A stretch of DNA of 64,000 nucleotides from Perna viridis (lineage: Eukaryota), in assembly GCA_037379345.1 (NCBI GenBank), contig CM074511.1:27100862-27164861 (forward strand). The letters run 5' to 3'. Under the pieces are notes generated by a model, which did not search any database, was not told the origin of the DNA, and was given only the letters and a program-made list of their open reading frames with translations. Positions 12,701 to 24,700 of this stretch are shown piece after piece (position 1 is the first letter of the stretch; each line of letters begins with the position of its first letter). Both the position numbers and the translations under genes were made by a program.

Positions 12701-15700
12701 ATTTATAACACCTTACTCTAATAATTCTCCTTATTGGTACATCCGTTCCAGTATCCCCCTCATACATAAAATGAAGTCCAACAGAAACCCGCCAACTAGA
12801 GGGGTCGTTGTACATACTACAATATAAATGAATACTTATCGTCATTGTGTGGCAATAATATGATGAAAGAAAGACCAGTTATTTGATTCGATGACATGTC
12901 GTATATTATTTTGCATAATAAAATTACTAATATTTAGTTTAAATCATTACACTGAATCTAGGGACAAATTCTTGGCTGCTTTAAGTTACTCATTTAAAAA
13001 AATCGTATCAAATTGTGGAGAACAAAACAAGGATCATAATTTTACTAATTCATTACCCCCTCAAGCAGTGTGCAGCAGTCACAACCCATCTGTCACTGAT
13101 GAGAGCTCCACCACATATGTAGACGCCAGTCAAAAACCGCAGCGCCACCTGCCATGGCCAAGCACCACGTGGTGCAGTAGATCCACCAATTATGCGTTTA
13201 GATCGATGTGGGAAAGCTGGTATACCACAAGTATCCCCTACAATAAGTTGTATGTTTATCATGAAATAAATTCTAACCTAGGTTATATACTATAGACAAC
13301 GAAAGGTTTTATTCCTTTGATATCGTAAAGGTTCAAGGTCTTTGATTAAAGGATTTTTCATTAAAAATATTACCAGGTTAATTTCTAATGGATTCCAGTC
13401 CTGAGTCATAAAGGTTTTCAGTTCTGGGATTATAAAAATTGTGGACTGCGGACGTTAATGACGTCACAGTACCAAAACATTTCATACAAAATAACCTCCA
13501 TCGGAAGTACTCGGCTATTTCCCCCACATTACAAATAACCTCGGATGCAAAAAGGATAATTGCTTCTTGAAAATTGAAGTGATATGCGTATCAAAGTAAG
13601 TGCTAAAGCATTTAGTTAGATATCACTATAGAAATGAAGAACAATTATAACGCTAACAAGAATTAAGCGCATTTTGAGCAGCTAAGAAAAAAATGATGGG
13701 AAAAAATCAACCAGTTTAAACACAATTTTAGAATCGAATCGGGCAAATTCCGGACAGATTCTTGCGTTTTTCTTTTATAAAGGCCGAGTAGTTCGATTGA
13801 AAATAAAATACATGCATATAACAATAGTTAATAAACAAACCTAAGAGAGGGATCATAACAGATCAAATTGAATTAGTAAAAAAAATGGGAATATTTTACT
13901 CAAATCACAGGGGCTTGCTCCTACTATCTAATATGCAACCTCACTAGTATAGGTTATATTCTATTGGGCTGCTTATTTGATAGTGGGAGCAAGCCCCTGT
14001 GCACATATCATATGAAGTAGCATCATATTTTATTGAAAACTCTGTGAAATGTACCTGGATTTATAATGGCATTAGGCAATTCCTTTTGTGTGGTGGTGGT
14101 TGGCGCCAATGTCGTTGTCGTCTGCATCGCTCTTAATCTCGCTACTTTAAAAGAAACGAGCCTTTATAAGCTTTGTTAATTTTATTATATGAAGATATTT
14201 TTATTTTTAATTTCTGTAAAAAAACTAAAAACTTTTTGTCATGGCTTTCGTGTAAGATAACAACGAATTTAAATAGTCCACGAAAAATAAACTTTCAAAA
14301 AGGAGCTTCTGTGCTCTTATACAGAAGCCCATGAACCAACGAAATTTCAACAAACCACGAAAGTTTATATACTAGTACACCGCATAACTTCAATTTCAAT
14401 ATTTTTTTTGGATTTGCAGGAGAAACTTAATAATTATTTCTTTTTCTTTAGACACAAATTGATAATAGTGAAGAAGGTGAAAAAGTTAGAAATCTGTCAA
14501 CAGCAGTCACTAGGCGATCCCATCCGGTCTCCTCTTTAGAAACCGTATGGTCAAAAATAATTTATAGCTCAAGTCTGGCCCCACACTATGACATGCAATA
14601 CTTAAATAAAACTTCTATCAAAATATCAACTGGACAAATGAATTAAAAGGCGAACGGATAGACAGACGAACTTTTTTAAAGCGTGGGTATAAATACGAAG
14701 GGAAAATCTGAAGCTCTCGCACTGCTTACCATAATCCGGTGGTGCACAGCAACTATCACTTGGAGAAGAGCACAAAGATATCCCCCATGAATGTACAAAT
14801 TTGAATTCACACTGTGGGTTGCATGTCCCTTGTAATAAGTTACAAAGTTCGTACTGGTAACCAACGGCATAACCTATAAAGATTGAAAAAAAAGAGTAAT
14901 TAAAAAAAAATAATCACAAGCTTTCGTAATCAAGATGACATGAGTGCTTCTTTTGGAAAATATCGGTGCACCTTGTCAAATGATTAGTTTCAGTAGTTAC
15001 TAGTGACAGAAATTATTGTGATGACTTTATTATTGCGAAAAATGCTACTGATATTAGATTGCATTTGATAAAATTGCATCCGTTTAAAAAATAAAATGAA
15101 GTTTTCAGAATGTGATATGACTTTAAGTGGCATTTACGACGTAGTTGACAAAATCTAAATAATTAATGCACAAAATAACTTCGGAGTTTGATGTAAATCC
15201 CGTCTGTTTTGGTGTTAAATTTTCTGTGTTTCGTCGTTTGGATTTAAGCTGCATATATCTTCTGTTTTTCTCGATTCTTCTTTTTTCCCAATTTTCGAGA
15301 CCCATTTTTTTCTGAATATTTTTTAAAAATCTTTTTATGTTCTAAATTGTAATCTATGACCAAGTATTGTAATCTGTTTATAGTTCTTCTTTGTCCATTG
15401 GTTTTTATATTAGAATATACTCTGAAATCCTTGCTTTGACAAAAAAATACCTAGCTTATCATACAGATGGTTGCAATATGCGATTGATTTTAGCATTTTA
15501 TACAGTTGTACTGAATAATCGGAATTACAAAAAAAATTGTATATCATCAATGGTAACGATGAATTAAACTCAATCAAATTGTATTCAAATATCCCGCCAA
15601 TTATTCGAAAACCTTCAAAAATGTAAAAATTCTTTGACACAATGTCAATAGGAACTTTATCATAAATAACTCGTTTGAAAATATAGTCAATTTGTTATTT

Positions 15701-18700
15701 CTGTCTTGAATGCGTTTCAGCTATTCTGTTATCAAGCCTTCCCTGATTTAGGAGAGATATCAGATGTATTTATGTCGTAATGATGACCTATTATCAATGC
15801 CATCACCACAGGCTTGCTAGGTTCTCACACAAAAATATTAAATTATCGATTCATTTCGATATAGCGATAACAATGTTTTTATTTTAGGTGTTTTTGATAT
15901 ATATAAATAGAATAGTGGAATAGTTTTCGCAGATATGTCAAAATGTACTGGTTCAATGAGATGATTAAGGCACAATCTTACTAATTTTAATAAATGAAGT
16001 TTTTATCATCTTAATGATGTAAAAATCATCGGCTATATTTCGCGGTAACTGCAAGACCTCCCAAACCATCAATGGTTACCTGTGTATATGTTAAGTTCAA
16101 CATTAATTATCTCTAGAATCACATTACTGAAAATCAGAGTGTGAAGATACAAGTAGCAAGAATAAATAGGCGAAAAAAAAACGCTACTTTTTCGCCCTGC
16201 TTTTCCACAGTTGAATACAGGTACAAGTAAATGGGCTTATGATTATATCCTTTCCCCAGAAACAGAGCCTTGACCAAGAAAAAAGAAACAAACATTTTCA
16301 TTATAGAATGAATGAGTTGCCTAGGTCCCACTAAAATTTTGAATATGGATCAGGTGCACAAGTAGGGCAAGCGTTAATTGAAGACACAAGTAGAATTGCC
16401 AAAATGAACGAATCAGATGCACAAAAAAGTATGACTGTAGTTTGATTTTTAAAAAAATCTTCCTTCAAATAAAAGTATAAACATTCTCTTGAATTCCAAG
16501 TAAATTTTAAGCATGCATACGTCAATCTAGATTTGAGATTCACAAATAACATTTTATCAGCTCAGCTGGGCAGTGCCAGGTATTACTAACTAAATATGCG
16601 AATATTAAATCTTAATCTACGATCGACTATCAATATCTTATAATTATTAATATTGATTAAAAATATAATTTGAATTATTTCGCTATTTTTCATATTTAGC
16701 TTACTTAAGACATACGTGTAAGAGTAATCAAGGGAACCAAGGTTATAGCGGTAATCAAAAGAATGTAATCCAGGGACAAAGACCAGACATGGAAAATAGA
16801 CATACACAACAAAGAACTTAATGCAACTAAAATCATAGATACAAAATAACAAAAGCAAATGAGCAACTCGGACTCCTCTAAAAACTGGGAGCATGAACCA
16901 GGTGCACCGGTAAGGTAAGCGTTCTCCATGCACTCCATTTTATCATCGCTGTACCCAAAGCGATTGCAAGGGATTAGATAACGACATTAATGACCAACCC
17001 ATGGTTAAACGATGATAAAATTGAGATTCCGTGATTTATTGAGATTCTACAGGACTCTATAGTTTCTTCTTTTTTAATAGACGCAGCCCATGTGTTGCTC
17101 GACATATTAGAATTTGTATTTTTCTAAGGATGCAAACTTCAAGGTTTAATATCGTGTAACTTTATTGCACTAGTAAATTCTAAAACTATACTTGTATGCT
17201 TCTAAGTATAAATTCATTGCTTTCATGGCTCTCCTTGGGTACTAATTACTGGTGTGAATAATATGTCAAGTATCTATTTTTACTCATACGTTATTTGTTT
17301 AAGCTAATTAGTATAGTATCAAAATTACTATCCCAATACTGATATTGTGAATGAAATTCCTTGCTGAAGTAATATAAGACAGGAATGCATCTTATCAATA
17401 CTCCTACAAAGATCTGAATCTCAGAATAAAACAATTCATTATCTAGTTCATTCATAGATTGACCCAATCAGAGTGATTGGCTAATGAGGGAAGAAAATAA
17501 TTTCCGGTACCAATACGATACCTAGGCTATTTCAAGTATTATATGGTTAAAGGAAAAGGTATACATGCTGGTATGTAAATATTAAAGAAACATGAACGTC
17601 ATACAATGAAGATAGAGAAGGACACTTCAGACAAAAATAAACCACTTTTTCTCTTTATATAGTTTCATAACGATAATAAATTGATAAAATTAACGTATGC
17701 AAGCTTGCATTAGAAGGAAGGTCGAAACAAGGTGATTGTGGCCTAACGCAAACATAATAAATGTTACTGAAAATAGTAAATACGCAACCTGTGAGGGCCA
17801 ATTTTTTTTAATAAGTAATCGTTTGTTTTTCATTGTAAAACATGCAATGTCGTTTCTCGTAAGATAAAAAAGACATTTAGGAAAACTTAATTGCAAACAA
17901 ATTATTTGCAAAACAGCTTTACATAATATTTCATTGCATTTTGAAAAATAAAAAATATTACCAGTCCACATTAAATTCAGACAATGTCTATAGAACAGGG
18001 GGATTAATGTTGTAGAAAATCCCATCAAACAAACCTTTTAATTTCATATACAATCTAATCAACTGAATCTCAAAAGGGGCAAAAACCGAATAACATACTA
18101 AGACGGGTTTGAGACGTGCATGAATCACCTCTCATCTGATATTTATACACATTTCTATGTAAATGTACTCGAGCCAAACAGTCTTTCTTTCTCAACAATT
18201 TTCTGAGCCGTTGAATATACCATGTAAAATTGCATTTTTTACAATTATGCATTATTAAATCATATCATGATAGATATAACGAAACGCAACCTAGTTATAT
18301 CATATAATTATTTTGATATTTTCATTCATTCATGTTTGTCGTGGGTGGATATTATTTCATTAAATATTTTCCATAATAGTTATTTCATTCATGAATTCCC
18401 AGACAAACCTTGGGAGTAAACTTTGCATGAAACACTGAAGAGATAACGTTATATTTTGTAAATGGTTTGTGTTGAAATTTTCTTTCTGTCAAACACTCCT
18501 TTTTACTTATTCAATTAATGATTTGTATGAAAGGAATTTCCATATCGACAGAAAGTCTTTTTAGTACCCCTGAGAAATTATGCTTGTTACAAATTTAAAA
18601 CGAGTTCGTTATTTTCTTTTTGCTAAATATTTTCTCTTAAATATTGGTTTCGTATGTACTAGACCAATTTCCACAACAATATGAGGTTTATTTTTTAGTA

Positions 18701-21700
18701 GAACTGGTTCAAAATAAAAGACATTAATTTTCCTTAACTTTAAGAACTAAGTTGTAATCAATCCCTCTATTTAAAAAAAAATAAAAAAACACCAAACTTG
18801 GTACTAATTTTCCGTCTCTGATTTATACGAGACGTAAAATAATCAACATAGTTATTATAGTGGATTATACTGGGTACCATTTTGTTCATTTTTCTGTGTA
18901 CACAACATCGTTCTTTTGTGTTGTATGATTTCTTCTATGGTCTTGTTTTAGTTTCAATTTTCTTTCCGGAATTTCCTATGTAGAACGTAATGAAATCCGG
19001 AGACCGATAAGCCTTTTATTATTAATGTCTGTGATATCGAAACGCTTCATTACAATGAATTTATTTTTATTTTACGTTTTTTCTTAATACTTTCACAATG
19101 TATAAATATATGTTTGTCATGTTTTATCAGAACGACGTTTTACTTTTAATACTGAACTCAATGCTCGGTAATCAAAAAAGGTTTCCATGCATTTGAATGG
19201 GCGATAACGACCCATTCTCAGGAAACCGTAGATTCACGTGACGAGACTTGCATACCCTTTTGTCATTTTGATATTGCGGGTAATGTTTTATTTATGAGCT
19301 TTCACTTCTATCATAGGTATTGCTACACTTCAGTTTGTGTGGAGGAGTTTATTTAATATTAACTGTTCGTCGATATTGGATGATATAACTTTTTTTTATT
19401 TATTTGTGCGTCTTTGTTTCTATTATATTTGTCAATTGATAAATATTAATAAGTGATTAATTCATCTGTATCATACATAATTTGTTGTAGCTTTGTATGC
19501 GATCGAATAAATCAATGAGCACTCTTTGATTACTAATGATTACTAATTCTCTTTAACTAAAAGAACAATGCGTTGAGAACCCGCACAATCCGAAGACCTA
19601 TCTAAACCAATCACTTTTTCAACTGCTTTATATCAATTTTGATGCGTTTTGAACCATTGTAAAGCAAACGCGTGTATAATCCGAAACAAAGTCCAAAAGG
19701 ATTTGACTTTCTTATTTAAGACCGACGTATGATTTTATATGCTGCAATGGTGAGAAAAAAAATTGAATTTTATTTTTGCGATTCCGAGTTAGTCGCAAGA
19801 CCACTTGACACTAATACATTGTATGAGACAGGTGTTACTTGTTAGAGGACAAGATTATAAGGTAGATGAGCCTCTTCGAAAGATCTTAAAATGGGTGTCG
19901 TCCTGTGTCTTAAGTGTTTTGGAACGACTTGTCTGCTGACCGTTGTCCATTATTTTTACACACAAGAACTACTATACAACTTTCGCTGCACTTTTGTAAT
20001 ACGATAAAGAGTGAGTAGTTCCGATTAGTCTTTGCCGAGCAAACTAGTTCCTTTCAGATTGAAATCAGACCCTCAGTGGGTCTAAGGTCATAGGTTGAAT
20101 TCATAGAAATTACCGTTACGCATGCTTTGTTCTTCATCATTATTCAAAGAATTTGTAGGTCAGTCCACAAAATATTAGAACTTAACTTGAACCACATATT
20201 ACTTTGTCAGCTTTGAAAATTATTTCAGTCTTATTCTATCTAGACCTTTTCTAAATGAATCTATTGACGACCCTGAATCAACCTTAGATTGATAATATGC
20301 AAATTGAATGCGTCAATCGTGATTACCTTAACGAATCGGAAATCCACTGCGACTCTTTCGTAAATTCATTATCGGTTTCAAATAATGATAAACTTTGCTG
20401 ATATGGGTCATTTAGGGCTATACGAGAAGTCCATTGACTTTAAACCTACGCACGCAAAGAACTTTAAAAAGCAACATGTCCCCACACATATATATATATA
20501 CCCAGGGTCCTGATAGTCTTACTTATATACTTTGAAGGTAAAGACATTATCCTTTCAAATAGTAAAATTTATTCATAACAGTGAAATGGAGGTAAATCTG
20601 CATTTCAGACATTTTTTTTAAACTCGACTGTGAATGAACATCAGTTTAAGTGAGGAAGTACAAATAAAACCAATTAGATAAACCCCATCCCAACCCTCAA
20701 CATCCAAACACAAGAGGCTCAGAAAAAGCCTGAATCGCTCACCTAGCAAACCATGCCTATTAACTAAGTAAGTAAAATTATCATGATTTGTTACAATGTT
20801 TGACAATAAAATGATGATAAAGGGCATATATTCATGAATGCTGTAATTTCAAATGAGCACCTAAGGCGCTGTAAAATGGACCCGGTCCGGGTGTCAAAAG
20901 AATAGCCCTGCAGCAGCGCTAAGCTTGTCGTAAAAGGCGACTAAATAGTGCTCAGAACCCTAGCCGGGGGCTAGGGCGCTCTGCCCACAGAGCAACTGGG
21001 TTGTGTGCCCCAGGTGGTGGAATGGGGTACCCATGGCTTGTTACATGCTTGGGTTGTCAAGCTATAATACGGAAAACCTGACCGCAAACTATAGTGGTGC
21101 ACCGTGTTGGGAAAGATGCCTCGTTCCTTGCACTTTAAAGAACCCTACTGTGGTATTCTCCCGGAGTAGGAACCATAGGACTCCGCCACAGGAAGCCAAA
21201 TTGCCCGACCCTACCCACCTCTCCCTATTGCCAGTGGCAATCAAAATTTGTCGACCCCATTGTCCTTGTGTCCCATCACTTTTTCTTTTCATCATCATTT
21301 CATGTTTATTTTATCATCAATTTCATGTTCATCTTCTGAATATAGCTGAAATATTGCTGCTCGGACGTTAAACCCCAACAAACAAACAACGCTGTAAAAT
21401 GTTGGAAGTGCCTTCAAAGTGTTTTAGAACCTCTGAAAGAAATTTGGGCAGGAATCCCCCATGCCCTGTTATTTCCCAGAGTCTGAAGGGGCATTAGCCT
21501 AGTATAAATTTGCTGAAAAATAACACACAATAAAGAAAAACCATGGCTATACAACATTTTCATCATATCTATTCAACTCAGGAGACCATTTTTACTTTAT
21601 ATACTAAATACCGTTGAAATCAAAACAAGTATAAAAATTAGCGAGAAAATGGCCGCCCAAAACAAACTTTCGTCATCACTATTAAACTTAGAACAAAATA

Positions 21701-24700
21701 TTTCGTAAAGAAACAAAAATCATTGGAATCCAATCAACTGGCTAAATGGTCACGAAATGGCCGTCTAAAACAATTTCGATACTGCCATTCAACTCAGAAT
21801 ATCATATTTGTCTGATGAATACCTTTCATTATTATGATCAGTTTGTGTAGGATATCCTAAAAACAATTATTCCAACTTTCACTAAATTTTTCGCATGGTT
21901 TTAGAGAAGAAGACTTTCAAAGCGAACAAAGACAAAAAATCTGTTTCAGGGGCCATAACACCTATATCGGGCGACGAATCAATTTGATAATTTCGGCATA
22001 GGGCCGTCTTCTGATGCTGACCAATATTACCTTCAATCAGAATTTTGCTGAATTCAACGGTTTTTGAGGTATTGGTAAAATGCCAACATGGGTCAACAGA
22101 TATTCACCATAGTTTGACACAGATAGATCTCATCATGATAAACAATTTTACTCCATGTCATAATTTGGTTAAACCTAACTGTTTTGGGGATAAATGAAAA
22201 AAAGTGCTGTCTGACGCCTATCTTCAACTACAGTAACAGCGGCCATATTTTTTTCACGGATCAAATATCTAAACGGTCATTTAGTGCAGAATACCCTCTA
22301 AAACAGCCATGCTAAGTTTTATCCAAATCCATTCAGTAGTTTCAGAAAAAAATTGATAAAAAAATTGTTAACGTCGACAACGACGACAGACGCCAAGTGA
22401 CGGCAATAGCTCACATGGCCTACGGAAAGCTGAGCATAAAAGCTAACCAATAACAGTTTATGGTAACTAAAAATAAAGGAATGAATTAAGTAGTGTAAAC
22501 ATTAGAGATATTTTGTAGTTTATTCAGAGCTTGATTACGATGGGTTCCATAATATAACGGAATAAAAAAGAAAATACAAAATGACCGATTATATAACATG
22601 TAATCGTTGTTCTGGTGTTATTCAGTGTAAACAGTTTGTCTTTCCATATTACAATGACCATTACCTTATGAACTGACTAAGGTACTTAGGAAGTTCAGAA
22701 GGAGCTTAAAACTTTCTATCAGACATAATATAAAATAATTTTATAATATACTTTTTGCCCCTGGCGAAGAACCTAAGGCCGAGAATTTGTACACATATCC
22801 TTTACATTTTTACATTTTATTTATATTTTAATTGTATGTAGTTACTTTTTAACTTTTAAACGTGGCTGTTATGGCACCTACATATGGAGTTTTCATATTA
22901 CTGCTCATACGTTTTGCCAGAGCTTGCCGGAACAACGCAGACTTTTTTGTATCGCGCTAGACGTCTTACAATAAGGCTTCTGGAACAGGGTTATCTTTCT
23001 ACAAGATTGATGTCATCACTACAGAAGATCGTCACCATGAATTAGTGGATCTTTACGGTGTAACCATCTGCACCATGAAAACTAATTTGTTCAAAGTGTC
23101 AGAAGTTTCCTTTCTTCTTTCGTCTACCCCGGACTTGACAATTGATGAGCAACTCGGCAAGTACTTCTAGAAAAGCAGAGGACGCTTAACCTACCAGTGC
23201 ACCTGGTCCATGCTCCCAGTTTTTAGTGGAGTCCGAGTTGCTCATTTACTTTTGTTAATTTATATGTGTTATTTCAGTTGCTTTATGTTCTTTGTTGTGT
23301 TTGTTGAATGTCTGGTCTTTGTCCCCAGATTACATGCTGTTGGTTTCCGCTAGAATCTTGGTTCCTTTGATTACTCTTTCACTTTTCATCATTTTTATTC
23401 ACGTTTAATTTGGGCTACTTCACAACATATATTAATACATACATATGTATATATATGTGATAAATGTGAATTTTTTAGGTGAGTAACCGGTCCTTATATT
23501 GCAATTTGACTCCAAGTATCAATATGCATTTGCTTTATTATACTTTTTTAAAATGTAGTTTCTTCTTATCATTCCCTTGGAGGAAAAGAGGAAACATACC
23601 ATATTTCATAAAATTTGACAGTGAGGCAGTCCATATAATTTCTTACAGGTCGTTATATGGGCCAATAGATATAGCGGAAAATGTATGCTTATATAATTGT
23701 GCTCTAAAATCCTAAATTATTCAAATATTGTACGCATTATATCATTGAGTTTCCCTGACAAACGACGTAACGACCTAGTGATTAACAAAGACATTTTTTA
23801 TTTTGTCAGGAAATTGCACTTCAATACCTAATCCTCGAGACCTAATCACGAATCATTCATATCAAATGAATTCATGTCGTAGTTATTTTTAAATTCTAAA
23901 CAAAGACTAAATGGTCCTTATTGTATCGAAAACGAAGTTCCTAAAATTTCGATGCACTTTATAATCACTCATCATTTTTGTAGGGGGGAAATTTCGACGC
24001 TTTACTTGTAATTTCTGCAACAACGTTGGTTTTGAACTGATGAAATACTTCTTAAGCATTAACAATTGTTTTGAGTCTTGCTTATGGCATAAGCTTTGCA
24101 TTGATTGCAATTATGTACAAATTATATAACCTCTTGTGTAAAGCAAATGACTAGTTCCCATCTAAATTATTTTATAAATTGGAATTTACAGAATGAACAC
24201 ATTAAACTGGTTAGCATATTTTAAGGTTTTTGTTAAAGAAAAAGGAAATCCTTTTAAAAATATGTTAAAGAGTTTGGATTATGTATTTTGTATGGAATAT
24301 GTAAAGGATAAATTACAATAAAAAGACATATGATGAATTGTAGTAATCAATTAAGTACTAAAATTTGTCTAAATAAAATAGCGACATTGTTACCAATGAG
24401 TCCATTTCATTTGTATCTTGGACGAGTGTTGGCAAAATTTAAGTTTAGAAACTAAAGGTACTTAGATGTGGACATATGAATAAATGTCTATTTCTTTGTT
24501 TCCTCAATGCTAAACAGATATATTATTAAATGTATTATTAAACTGGAGTCATGAACGGATTTTTTCTTGGTGTAAAGAGTGAAAAACTCGTGTCAATTCC
24601 ATAATTAGAATTTATTGCTTGTAAAGTTAGTTTCTTTTTTATTTCTAACGAAATTTTGGTAGAAGATCGTATACAAATTGTGAATAATAATGCCACATTC

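Noticed and set aside
12891-13295. 134-aa plus-strand ORF
   Set aside because: Antisense shadow of protease exon 4.
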